Below, piece by piece: positions 17,348 to 26,422 of a DNA stretch of 64,000 bases. The position numbers and the translations under genes were made by a program. Location: positions 33,323 to 97,322 of the forward strand of contig JBMTCP010000002.1 in the NCBI GenBank assembly GCA_049431025.1, read 5' to 3'. Numbering within the stretch: the first letter of the stretch is position 1; each line of letters begins with the position of its first letter. The notes beneath the pieces were generated by a model. It worked only from the letters and a program-made list of their open reading frames with translations. It was not told where the DNA came from and searched no databases. The DNA comes from Bacteroidia bacterium. GTDB lineage: Bacteria; Bacteroidota; Bacteroidia; UBA7662.

Positions 17348-17814
17348 AAATACACGGTAGGCAACGACAAAACAGGGCTAAAGTTGCCTGAACGATCCCT
17401 AAGAACCGCAAACAACTTCAAGGAATCCACGTTGAGGTCGGATCTCAGGGTGAATGGGTCCAAGCGCAAGGACAAATGGGCATCCACCCTTTTGTTGGCC
17501 CCTTTGGGGGTCAAATTCGGTACCGAAAATTCCCTGTAGGTGGAATCAAACGGAGGAAAACCATACCGTACTTCCAAAAGCCAGAGGTCCCTGGTTTGGT
17601 CTCCTGAATCCCGACCCAAATCCCCATCCTCGTCTAAAAGTCGAAACCCCAGGTGCAGGCTATCCACCCCTGATCGCAACCAGACCGTGTCCATGGGTTT
17701 TTCGAGGCTCATCTCGGGAGGGAAAATTTTGGGGATAAACAGCAAATCGCAGCCCGCAAGGGTTGTACCCAGAAAGAGTAGCAGCGCCAAGGTTTGGTAG
17801 CGAAGGTGTTTCAT
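17329..17814 (-). CDS. Lipoprotein of unknown function
   Basis: 161 aa. Lipobox LLLFLGTTLAGC. Its 3' end overlaps the porQ start by 19 bp on the same strand. Confidence 0.6.
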   Translation of the reverse strand: MKHLRYQTLALLLFLGTTLAGCDLLFIPKIFPPEMSLEKPMDTVWLRSGVDSLHLGFRLLDEDGDLGRDSGDQTRDLWLLEVRYGFPPFDSTYREFSVPNLTPKGANKRVDAHLSLRLDPFTLRSDLNVDSLKLFAVLRDRSGNFSPVLSLPTVYLWNSGN

Positions 17815-17839
17815 GGTCGTTTTGACAAAAATACCCTGA

Positions 17840-18940
17840 TTGGAGGCTAATTGGCTTTACTTTGTTGCCTTTGCTGTGGATCAATACGCCCTTAATCTCT
17901 TGGATTTTTGGAGCCTTTGGGAAAACCAAGGATGCCATGCCATCCTGAGCTCGTCGTCGGTTCAGGGTTGGAATGACCGGCAATGCGCGGCTGTCATGGA
18001 ACTTTTTCATCGCCAACGTCGCGAAGTACCTGTTTTTGGTCGTTATGTTGAAGCCATTCGTTCCGATTGCGCTAAGATTCGATACCCCGAAGACTTGGTT
18101 TTTTTGCCCATAGCGGCATTCAAAGAACATGACCTGGTGCATGGGCCTGATGTGCCCCGTCAGGTTTTTCGAAGCAGTGGTACCGGTGGAGGAGCTCAGT
18201 ATCGAGCTCAACATGCAATGGCTTATCCGGATTTGGTATGGTCACGTTCCCTGGATTTTGCCCAAAGTATCCTGGGTTCTTGGGCTGGTTATCAACTTTT
18301 GGCCTTGCTTCCTTCGTATTTGGATCGTGGCGAATCATCGCTGTTGGCGATGCTGGACGCCTACATGAAAAATCCTGAATTAAGCAGGGCTGCGTATTAT
18401 AACAAAGAATACCAACTTTTTTCGTCGGATTGGAAATCGGCTCGATTGCAGGGTCAGAAGGTGTTGGCCTGGGGAATTCCCTATGCCTTGATGGATTGGT
18501 GTGAAGCGGTGGATTTCGAACCTGGCCAAGGGGATATCCTTATCGAAACCGGGGGTACCAAAGGAATGACCAAGGCGTGGACCGAGGAGGATCGACGTGC
18601 GCTATGGCGAAAAAAATTGGGTTCATCTCTCCGGTTAGGTGGTGAATACGGCATGACCGAGCTGGGTTCGCAAGCGTATCAATTGGAAGGTTCTACCTGG
18701 ATGGGGTATGTTTTTCCACCTATGGTAGGGGTTGGCGTTTACCGAGTGGACGATCCCTTGGAATGGGAAAAACCAGGGGCGGTTGGTGGCCTTAGCTTGG
18801 TGGATCCAGCGAATTACTACGGGGTTTCTTTTGTACAGACCCAAGACTTGGTACGGATTCTGGACGACGGAAGTTTGGTGTTATTGGGTCGAATAGACGG
18901 CGTTGAACCGCGTGGGTGTAATCTTTTGTATTTTTCGTAA
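17840..18940 (+). CDS. LuxE-like acyl-protein synthetase / acyltransferase family protein (start uncertain)
   Basis: Resembles the Bacteroidota 'acyl transferase' (LuxE) family: VFLPIAAFKEHDLV, SSGTGG, LLALLPSYLDRGESSL, IETGGTKGM, EYGMTELGSQAY, C-terminal RGCNLL. The listed start is TTG. The true start could be anywhere between 17840 and about 17900. Confidence 0.65.
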   Translation: MEANWLYFVAFAVDQYALNLLDFWSLWENQGCHAILSSSSVQGWNDRQCAAVMELFHRQRREVPVFGRYVEAIRSDCAKIRYPEDLVFLPIAAFKEHDLVHGPDVPRQVFRSSGTGGGAQYRAQHAMAYPDLVWSRSLDFAQSILGSWAGYQLLALLPSYLDRGESSLLAMLDAYMKNPELSRAAYYNKEYQLFSSDWKSARLQGQKVLAWGIPYALMDWCEAVDFEPGQGDILIETGGTKGMTKAWTEEDRRALWRKKLGSSLRLGGEYGMTELGSQAYQLEGSTWMGYVFPPMVGVGVYRVDDPLEWEKPGAVGGLSLVDPANYYGVSFVQTQDLVRILDDGSLVLLGRIDGVEPRGCNLLYFS

Positions 18941-18949
18941 ATTGGGTTT

Positions 18950-20401
18950 ATGGGAGGTTATCGTCAAATTTTAAGTTGTTTTTGGGTAGGGATTTGGGTG
19001 TTTTGCCGGGCCTGCTTACTCACGAGCCATGCTCAAATTATTGTGGTGGTGGATTCGGTCCCTTCGTATACCCCAGCCGGTGCTGACCTTTATATCGCCG
19101 GGACATTCAATCAATGGAACCCGGGTTCCCCTAACCACCAATTGGTCAGGAGACCCGACTCGACCTGGAGTATAACGCTGCCGCCGGGGACGGGAACCCT
19201 ATCCTTTAAGTTGACGAGGGGCTCATGGGCCTCGGTCGAGGGCAATGCGAGCGGATCTTTTCGTCCCAACCGAACCTATACCTACGGTAACGGGGACACG
19301 TTACGATTAAGGGTGCTGAGTTGGGAAGACCTTCATGCTGGAGGAGGAGGAGGAGGAGGAACCGCCAATTCACAGGTCCAAATTTTGACGGATACGTTTT
19401 GGATACCAACGCTCAACAGGTACCGGCGCTTGTGGTTGTATTTGCCCCCGGATTACGGAACCGCCGTGCACAAGCGTTACCCTGTGATCTACATGCACGA
19501 TGGCCAAAATTTATTCAATAATGCTACCGCCTTTGCCGGAGAGTGGGAGGTGGATGAATGCCTCAGCCGGCTTTTTGCCGGTGGTGATTACGGGGCGATG
19601 GTGGTTGGAATCGACAACGGGGGTTCGCAGCGCATCAACGAGTACAGCCCATGGGTTCATCCTCAATACGGTGGAGGTCAGGGTGATGCCTATCTGCAAT
19701 TTATTGTTCAAACACTCAAACCGTATATTGACGCACGCTACCGCAGCGACAGCACCCGTAACGGTACCTGGATATGGGGTTCCAGCATGGGCGGATTGAT
19801 TTCACAATATGCCGGTGTCAAGTACCAAGAGGTTTTTTCGAAAATAGGTGTTTTTAGTCCCAGTCTTTGGTTTGACCAACGCATTATGCAGCAACCAGCC
19901 TTAGAGGGGTTTCGCCTTCCTGTTCGTACCTACGTTTTGGCAGGGGCCCAGGAAAGTGCATCGATGGTGGCTCAGGTTCAGCAACTTCAGAGTGCCATGG
20001 CTCAGGCCGGTTTTCCATCCGGTCTCTTCAACACCGTGATTCGTTCGGACGGGCAACATGCGGAATGGTTTTGGAGACGAGAATTTGAAGCAGCGTACCG
20101 TTGGTTGCAAGGCCAGGCGATGGCTCCTCTGGGGATTCAGAAGGCTTTAGGTTCCCTGTCGGTGTATCCGAATCCGGTTCGTGGAATATGCCGGATTGGC
20201 TGGGACAAGGAAGAATCCAACGGCTTTCAGGAGGGTCGATTGTTGCTCAGAGATCACCTGGGCAAAGTGGTCTTGCGTTTGGATTCCATCCAACTCCCCG
20301 TATCCTTGGATTTGTCCAATTACCCGTTAGGAGTCTATGCCTTGGAATGGAAGAACACTCAGGGCCAACGTTCGATGGCAAGGCTTTTCGTTGGGCCTTA
20401 A
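18950..20401 (+). CDS. Secreted esterase (alpha/beta hydrolase) with N-terminal CBM20/48-like module and T9SS C-terminal domain
   Basis: Signal peptide. Glycogen/starch-binding-like YIAGTFNQWNPGS...SFKLTRGSW. Poly-Gly linker. Esterase core YPVIYMHDGQNLF and GSSMGG (GxSxG). CTD LSVYPNPVRGICRI...GVYALEW. Confidence 0.75.
   Translation: MGGYRQILSCFWVGIWVFCRACLLTSHAQIIVVVDSVPSYTPAGADLYIAGTFNQWNPGSPNHQLVRRPDSTWSITLPPGTGTLSFKLTRGSWASVEGNASGSFRPNRTYTYGNGDTLRLRVLSWEDLHAGGGGGGGTANSQVQILTDTFWIPTLNRYRRLWLYLPPDYGTAVHKRYPVIYMHDGQNLFNNATAFAGEWEVDECLSRLFAGGDYGAMVVGIDNGGSQRINEYSPWVHPQYGGGQGDAYLQFIVQTLKPYIDARYRSDSTRNGTWIWGSSMGGLISQYAGVKYQEVFSKIGVFSPSLWFDQRIMQQPALEGFRLPVRTYVLAGAQESASMVAQVQQLQSAMAQAGFPSGLFNTVIRSDGQHAEWFWRREFEAAYRWLQGQAMAPLGIQKALGSLSVYPNPVRGICRIGWDKEESNGFQEGRLLLRDHLGKVVLRLDSIQLPVSLDLSNYPLGVYALEWKNTQGQRSMARLFVGP
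19340..19360 (+). repeat. (GGA)7 trinucleotide repeat encoding a Gly7 inter-domain linker
   Basis: Seven perfect in-frame GGA units, read directly from the sequence. Confidence 0.9.
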
Positions 20402-20433
20402 CTTTTGTCTTCCTTGTCCTTTTACGATTTGGC

Positions 20434-22227
20434 TTAGAAGGGGTATTGCCCTTTTTCCAATACAAAACGGGCAATGCTTCTTCGGAGGTTCTTGAGGTTG
20501 ACCGGGTTGGTTTTGGTAAAGCGCCGAAGACCCATGAGCATCATTTTTTGTTCATCGTTTTCGGGCAAAGCATGAATGACCTCCCTGCCAGCACTCAGGC
20601 ATTTTTCGGCAGCGTGATGCGCCTGCAGGGTGACCAACGAGGCCCATAGGGTTTTCTCTTGATCGCTTAGCCGTTCGTGCAAACGTAGGGTTTTGAGCAA
20701 TGCGGATTCCAAGACGTACACCTCCATGGCCATATCCGCCATGCGCATGAGGGCTTCTTGTTCCTCGGCTAAGGCCGTTCCGTAATGTTGAACAGCGGCT
20801 CCAGCGACCAAGAGGCCGGCTTTTTTAAGTTGCTTGAGAACTTTGGCCTCGGAGGCCAGGTAATCGGTGGGTTCTTCGGCTCCAAAGTCCGGAATCTCCA
20901 TCAGCTCTCCGGCCACTCGACGGGCTGGACCCAAAAGATCCACATGGCCTTTGAGGGCTTTTCGTAACATCATGTCCACAATGAGCATGCGGTTGATCTC
21001 GTTCGTGCCCTCGTATATTCTGGAAATTCGAGCATCCCTGTAAGCGGCCTCCATGGGTGCATCGGCCGAGTAACCCATCCCTCCGTAGACCTGAACGCCT
21101 TCGTCCGCCACCAGGGCCATGACCTCGGACCCGTAGACCTTGAGGATGGCGCATTCCACCGCAAATTCTTCGAGACCCTTGAGTTTGGCTTCGGCTTCCG
21201 TTTTGCCTTCGGCCAATAGGGCATTTTGGAGTTTTTCAATGGCATCGCCTGCCCGGTAAAGGGCTGCATCGGTGGCATAAACCAGGGCGGAACATCGGGC
21301 TATTTTTTCTTGAATCGCACCAAAGGCTCCAATAGGTTGCCCAAACTGGTGACGCTCGTTTGCATACCGACTCATCAGGCCAATCACTTTAAAGGCAGCG
21401 CCGTTGGTGGCCGCAGCCAGTTTGATTCGACCGGCATTGAGAACATTCACCGCAATTTTGAATCCGTCACCGCGCTGTCCCAGCATGGATGTCGCCGGAA
21501 CCTTGACCTTGTCGTAAAAAACCTGACGGGTTGAGGATGATTTGATGCCCATTTTGTGTTCCTCGGCATTAAATGTCAAGCCCTGGACATCATCCCGATG
21601 AAAGACAAAACAGGAAACGTTTTTGTCGTTTTCGATGCGGGCAAATACAATAAAGACCTGGGCAAAACCCGCATTCGAAATCCAAATTTTTTGTCCGGTA
21701 ATCTCGTAGTGTTGACCATCGGTGCTGAGTACAGCGCTTGTTTTTCCTGCATTAGCATCGGAACCTGCTCCCGGCTCGGTTAGGTTATAACACGAGATCC
21801 ATTCCCCCGATGCAATTTTGCCCAAAAAACGTTCTTTGATTGCATTCGATCCGTAATACTGAATCGGTAAGGTCCCTATCCCGGTATGGGCACCAAAGGC
21901 CGTCGCCAAGGAACCGGTCATGCTGGAAATTTCTTCGCAAATCAGCATCGATACGTTAAATCCCATACCCAGGCCCCCGTACGACTCGGGTACCGAAAGG
22001 CCCAGGAGGCCCAATTGCCCGGCTTTGCGCATGAGTTCCTCCACCAAAGCGTAATCGCCTTGTTCAAATCGTAGCAAGTGAGGCTCGACTTCGGTTTTCA
22101 TAAAATCGGCGGCAGCCTGAAACATCATTTTTTGTTCCTCTCCAAAATCTTCACGAATAAAAATTTCTTCGGGAGCGGGATCGTAGACAAGGAAATGCCC
22201 TCCGCGACGGTAGCTTTTGGAATCCAT
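20434..22227 (-). CDS. fadE: Long acyl-CoA dehydrogenase (B. subtilis FadE/YusJ-like)
   Basis: 597 aa. ACAD N/M/C domains (WISNAG, YEGTNEI) followed by a long C-terminal helical extension. Confidence 0.9.
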   Translation of the reverse strand: MDSKSYRRGGHFLVYDPAPEEIFIREDFGEEQKMMFQAAADFMKTEVEPHLLRFEQGDYALVEELMRKAGQLGLLGLSVPESYGGLGMGFNVSMLICEEISSMTGSLATAFGAHTGIGTLPIQYYGSNAIKERFLGKIASGEWISCYNLTEPGAGSDANAGKTSAVLSTDGQHYEITGQKIWISNAGFAQVFIVFARIENDKNVSCFVFHRDDVQGLTFNAEEHKMGIKSSSTRQVFYDKVKVPATSMLGQRGDGFKIAVNVLNAGRIKLAAATNGAAFKVIGLMSRYANERHQFGQPIGAFGAIQEKIARCSALVYATDAALYRAGDAIEKLQNALLAEGKTEAEAKLKGLEEFAVECAILKVYGSEVMALVADEGVQVYGGMGYSADAPMEAAYRDARISRIYEGTNEINRMLIVDMMLRKALKGHVDLLGPARRVAGELMEIPDFGAEEPTDYLASEAKVLKQLKKAGLLVAGAAVQHYGTALAEEQEALMRMADMAMEVYVLESALLKTLRLHERLSDQEKTLWASLVTLQAHHAAEKCLSAGREVIHALPENDEQKMMLMGLRRFTKTNPVNLKNLRRSIARFVLEKGQYPF

Positions 22228-22238
22228 AACAATAGTTT

Positions 22239-23417
22239 TTAGGAAGTATACGATTCAAAAATCCCTGCAACACCCTGGCCTCCACCAACACAGGCGGTAA
22301 CCATACCGTAGCGTTGACGGCGTTGGCGCATTTCGTGCAGGAGCTGCAAGCTGAGTTTGGCTCCTGAGCAGCCCAATGGATGGCCCAGCGCTATGGCTCC
22401 GCCGTTGGGATTGACAAGTTCAGGGTTGAGGTCCAATTGCCGAATTACGGCTAGCGATTGGGCGGCAAAGGCTTCGTTTAATTCGATTTGCTCCAGGTCT
22501 TGAAGCCGCAAGCCGGCCTTGGCCAAAGCCAAGGGAACAGCCGCCACCGGTCCTATACCCATAATGCGGGGTTCAACACCGCGCGTTGCGTAGGACACCA
22601 TTCGTCCAAGCGGTTCAACTCCCAATTCTCGTACCATTTTTTCGGAGGCGACCAGGACAAATGCAGCTCCATCCGATGTCTGGGATGAATTTCCGGCCGT
22701 AACGGTTCCACCTTGGGCAAATACCGGTTTGAGTTTGCCCAGAGCTTCAAGGGAGGTATCTCGGCGTGGACCTTCATCGGTATCGATGGTGGTCCATCGT
22801 TTTTGTTTTTTCATCCGCTCATCCACGTAAATCTCTTCCACCTCGATGGGAGCGATTTGGGTCTTGAAACGACCGTTATCCAAGGCCGCCATGGCTTTGG
22901 TATGGGATGCCAAAGCAAAGGCATCCTGGTCTTCTCTGGAAATTTGGTATTCCCGGGCCACCATTTCGGCGGTAAGTCCCATGGAGGTGTAATAGTCTCC
23001 GTGGGTGCTGGCAATGGAATAGTTGAGGGCTGTTTTCCAGCCCATGACGGGTACCAGGGACATGGATTCGGTACCACCGGCCAAAATCAAATCGGCCATA
23101 CCGCTGTGAATTCGTTGGGCTGCAATGGCGATGCTCTCCAAACCCGAACCACAGTAACGATTGACTACCATACCGGGTACTTCTTTGGGTAAGGCCAGCA
23201 AGGAAATAATCCTTCCCATTTGCATGCCTTGTTCGGCTTCGGGTACCGCGTTGCCAACAATTAATTCATCAATGCGCTGAGGATCCAATTGAGGCAAACC
23301 GGCGAGAATTTGTCGGATGACTTCAGCAGCCAGATCATCCGGACGCGTGAAACGAAATCCGCCTTTGGGGGCTTTGGTAACGGCCGAGCGTAGTCCGGCG
23401 ATAAGGTAGGCGTTCAT
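22239..23417 (-). CDS. fadA: Acetyl-CoA C-acyltransferase (thiolase)
   Basis: 392 aa. Active-site Cys in [11 protein letters not shown]-terminal GHPLGCSGA and CVGGGQG. Confidence 0.92.
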   Translation of the reverse strand: MNAYLIAGLRSAVTKAPKGGFRFTRPDDLAAEVIRQILAGLPQLDPQRIDELIVGNAVPEAEQGMQMGRIISLLALPKEVPGMVVNRYCGSGLESIAIAAQRIHSGMADLILAGGTESMSLVPVMGWKTALNYSIASTHGDYYTSMGLTAEMVAREYQISREDQDAFALASHTKAMAALDNGRFKTQIAPIEVEEIYVDERMKKQKRWTTIDTDEGPRRDTSLEALGKLKPVFAQGGTVTAGNSSQTSDGAAFVLVASEKMVRELGVEPLGRMVSYATRGVEPRIMGIGPVAAVPLALAKAGLRLQDLEQIELNEAFAAQSLAVIRQLDLNPELVNPNGGAIALGHPLGCSGAKLSLQLLHEMRQRRQRYGMVTACVGGGQGVAGIFESYTS

Positions 23418-23440
23418 AGGTTAAGGGGTGAGGAGGTCCA

Positions 23441-25804
23441 TTAATTGCGCAATGCTTTGCCGGTCTTGAGCATGTGTTGGATGCGCTCCAGTGTTTTTCG
23501 TTCTCCACACAAAGAGAGAAAGGCTTCGCGCTCCAGATCCAATAAATACTGTTCCGAAACCAACTGGGGATACGACAAATCCCCGCCACAAAGTACATAA
23601 GCCAGTTTGGTCGCTATGAGACGATCGTGGTCCGAGATATATTGGCCCATATGCATGCCATTGACACCCGCTAATAACAGGGCCATCCCAGCCTTGCCGG
23701 GAACACGAACATCTTGGCGTTGGATCGGTGGGGTATATCCGGCTTCGGCTAATTCCAAAACCCAATCGCGTGCTTGGGCGATGCGATGGGCCTCAAAAAG
23801 GGATATGCGATCGCTATCCCGAAAAATCCCCATGGATTTGGCTTCCATGGCCGATGTGGCCACTTTGGCGGTGGCGATATTCATGTAAACCTGGCTTAGG
23901 GCATTGTATTCCACATCACCTTGACGGTAACGATCGGACAAACGAACGGCAAATTCCTTGGTACCACCGCCTCCCGGAATCACCCCGACCCCGACCTCCA
24001 CCAAGCCCACGTACGTTTCGGCAGCGGCTTGGATTCCGTCAGCGTGCATGGATAATTCACAGCCCCCGCCCAGGGTCAGGCCCTTGGGGGCCACCACAAC
24101 CGGAACCTTGGACAAGCGAGCTAACATTGTGAAGGACTGAAATGCGCGAATGGCCATATCCAGCTCTTCGTATTCTTGTTCAGCAGCCAGCATAAAGACC
24201 ATCCCCAGGTTGGCACCTGCCGAAAAGACCGAAGAAGAATTGGACACCACCAGGCCGGCAAAGTCTTTTTCGGCCAATTCGACCCCTTTGCGAAAACCAG
24301 CGATGACCTCGCCACCAATGGCGTTCATTTTGGTGTGAAATTCCACGTTGAGCACGCCTTTGCCCAAGTCGATCAGGCTGCAGCCGCTGTTGGACCAAAC
24401 CAATTTGGAGGATTTAAGCAAATGCAAATCGATGGTCCGTTCACGATGGGGTACTTGAACCCTGCAACCTTGACCCGGATGATAACACCAGAGTTCACCA
24501 TCTTTGTTATCGTAAAAAGCATCGTAACCGGCATCCAGCATGGCTTGAACCCAAGGCGCGGGGGCTTCACCGTACAGGGACATTAATTGCCCCATTTCGC
24601 GCACGCCAATGGCATCCCATAGAGCGTAAGGACCTAGTTCCCAGCCAAATCCAGCCTCCATTGCCTCGTCCATTTCGTAAGGAGCTTCGCAAATTTCAGG
24701 AATGCGCAGGGAGGCGTATCGAAGGTTACGAGCAAAACTCTGCCGCAAAAATTCTCCGCCTTTATCGGGCATCTGTATCAAAGCCTTTATCCGCTTGCGC
24801 AAATCACTCTCTTGCCTGATAGGGTCCAAGAGAGGGAATTTGGTTTTGCTTTGAAGGGTGTATTCTCCTGTTTTAAGGTCCAGGGCCTCAATTGTTTTGG
24901 CTCCGTCAGGGGCTTTGCTTTTGCGGTAGAAGCCCTGCTTGGACTTATCACCCAAGCGGCCTTCGGCGACCATTTTTTGAAGAAATTCCGGAATGGCAAA
25001 GAGTTCGTGGTATTCGTCATGAGGGCAACGTTGATGGACGCCTTGGGCAACCTTGACCAGGGTATCCAATCCCACCACATCACAGGTCCGGAAGGTTGCA
25101 GACTTGGGCCGACCTATCAAGGGACCGGTGAGTTGGTCCACCGCAGTGATGTCCAGCTCTAATTTTTCCATGCTGTGCAACAAGGTCATAATACCAAAGA
25201 CGCCGATGCGATTCGCAATAAAGGCCGGACTATCCTTGGCCTGTACAGCCACCTTGCCGAGGCGTTGACGACCAAATTGCAAGAGATACGGAATCCAGGC
25301 CGGGTCGGTCTTGGGTCCCGGAATGATTTCCAAGAGCTGCAGGTACCGGGGAGGGTTAAAAAAGTGAGTCCCGCAAAAATTCCGTTGAAAATCTTCGGAT
25401 CGGCCTTGGCATAAATCGGCAACGGGAATCCCCGAGGTGTTGGTGCTGATTAAGGAACCGGGCCTACGGTGTACCTCCAGACGCTGATACAAATCTTGTT
25501 TGGGTTCCAATTGTTCAACAATGGCTTCGATGACCCAATCGCAATCCGCTACCTTGGGGAGGTCGTCTCGAAAATTTCCGGTTTGAATTTTGGCGGCCAA
25601 GCTATCCAGGTACAAGGGCGATGGTTTGGAAGCTACCGCCGTAGCCAAAGCTTTGTTAACCAGATTATTGGGATTATTATCCTGGGTGGGGTCCGGCATA
25701 TCCAACAGCAAAACTTCCAAGCCGCAATTCGCAAAATGACAAGCCAAGCGAGAGCCCATTATACCTGAGCCCAGGACCGCTACTTTATTGATTTTTGTAT
25801 TCAT
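23441..25804 (-). CDS. fadN: Bifunctional 3-hydroxyacyl-CoA dehydrogenase / enoyl-CoA hydratase, FadN-type domain order
   Basis: N-terminal Rossmann fold VAVLGSGIMGSRLA and a C-terminal crotonase fold. I place the start at the ATG at 25804 (MNTKINKVAV) rather than the 25885 ORF extension. That ATG overlaps the marR stop as ATGA. Confidence 0.9.
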   Translation of the reverse strand: MNTKINKVAVLGSGIMGSRLACHFANCGLEVLLLDMPDPTQDNNPNNLVNKALATAVASKPSPLYLDSLAAKIQTGNFRDDLPKVADCDWVIEAIVEQLEPKQDLYQRLEVHRRPGSLISTNTSGIPVADLCQGRSEDFQRNFCGTHFFNPPRYLQLLEIIPGPKTDPAWIPYLLQFGRQRLGKVAVQAKDSPAFIANRIGVFGIMTLLHSMEKLELDITAVDQLTGPLIGRPKSATFRTCDVVGLDTLVKVAQGVHQRCPHDEYHELFAIPEFLQKMVAEGRLGDKSKQGFYRKSKAPDGAKTIEALDLKTGEYTLQSKTKFPLLDPIRQESDLRKRIKALIQMPDKGGEFLRQSFARNLRYASLRIPEICEAPYEMDEAMEAGFGWELGPYALWDAIGVREMGQLMSLYGEAPAPWVQAMLDAGYDAFYDNKDGELWCYHPGQGCRVQVPHRERTIDLHLLKSSKLVWSNSGCSLIDLGKGVLNVEFHTKMNAIGGEVIAGFRKGVELAEKDFAGLVVSNSSSVFSAGANLGMVFMLAAEQEYEELDMAIRAFQSFTMLARLSKVPVVVAPKGLTLGGGCELSMHADGIQAAAETYVGLVEVGVGVIPGGGGTKEFAVRLSDRYRQGDVEYNALSQVYMNIATAKVATSAMEAKSMGIFRDSDRISLFEAHRIAQARDWVLELAEAGYTPPIQRQDVRVPGKAGMALLLAGVNGMHMGQYISDHDRLIATKLAYVLCGGDLSYPQLVSEQYLLDLEREAFLSLCGERKTLERIQHMLKTGKALRN

Positions 25805-26295
25805 AACACAGGGGAAATTTGGGCCTTGCCCATCAATTGCGCAGGACTCAGGGAACCAATAAGTTCGTTGATGGTATCCATGCATTCAAAAAATACAGCC
25901 AGCTTGGCATCCCCAAGGCGATTACGAATCAAACGATTAAAATGCCGGACCCTTTCTTTGGCCAATTCCCTAGCAGCTATTCCTTGGGGAGTTAATCGAA
26001 CCATAACTTGACGTCGGTCTTGACCAGGTATGCGGTAGCGTTCAATCAAGCCGTCGTTCTCTAATTTGTTCAGGGTTCGGGTGGTGGAGGAGGGTTCCAT
26101 TCCCAATTTGGGGGCGACCTGCGTTACCGGTAGGCCTTCGGTTTCAATATGCAACAAGAGATAGGCTGAAGAAACGGATAGACCGTAGCTTTCGGCCTCA
26201 AAATGGTACATTCTGGCCATATTGAGCCAGGTCAAACGCGTGTCGAAGCATACGGTTCGTTTGGATTGGGTCATTTTTAGAGAAGGAAAAGCCAT
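25801..26295 (-). CDS. MarR family transcriptional regulator
   Basis: About 160 aa winged-helix protein (SSAYLLLHIE...TTRTLNKLENDGLIERYRIPGQDRRQVMVRLTPQG). Possible starts are 26301 (TTG), 26295 (ATG) and 26274 (ATG). Confidence 0.8.
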   Translation of the reverse strand: MAFPSLKMTQSKRTVCFDTRLTWLNMARMYHFEAESYGLSVSSAYLLLHIETEGLPVTQVAPKLGMEPSSTTRTLNKLENDGLIERYRIPGQDRRQVMVRLTPQGIAARELAKERVRHFNRLIRNRLGDAKLAVFFECMDTINELIGSLSPAQLMGKAQISPVL

Positions 26296-26317
26296 AGCCA
26301 AAGATAGCCTTATTTAC

Positions 26318-26329
26318 TATGCATGCATA
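26318..26329. promoter_or_regulatory. Perfect 12-bp palindrome TATGCATGCATA (candidate MarR operator), with an extra TGCATA half-site at 26339-26344
   Basis: Read directly from the sequence. It lies 17-45 bp upstream of the possible marR starts, in the only non-coding gap ahead of the marR-fadN-fadA-fadE operon. Confidence 0.35.
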
Positions 26330-26357
26330 TCTTGTGCTTGCATAAAAAAAGGAAATT

Positions 26358-26385
26358 CCAAAAAAAACCCGGCTGAGCCGGGTTT
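26358..26385 (-). terminator. Rho-independent terminator downstream of fadD
   Basis: Stem AAACCCGGC/GCCGGGTTT (26365-26373 / 26377-26385) with loop TGA. A T-run follows on the minus strand. Confidence 0.6.
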
Positions 26386-26422
26386 GGAAAAGAAGTTGCG
26401 GAGCATAAAGGTTCGACTTGCC

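Noticed and set aside
20101-20649. 182-aa plus-strand ORF spanning the esterase/fadE junction
   Set aside because: It is out of frame with the esterase C-terminal T9SS domain on one side and antisense to the fadE C-terminus on the other. Both flanking genes have clear homology-type motifs.
25805-25885. 5' extensions of longest-ORF calls: fadN to 25885, lptE to 34790, fbp to 54855, methyltransferase to 32909, Trx-like paralog A to 29380
   Set aside because: In each case an internal ATG gives the canonical N-terminus: MNTKINKVAVLGSG, a lipoprotein signal, [18 protein letters not shown], or a signal peptide. It also removes an implausible overlap with the upstream gene.
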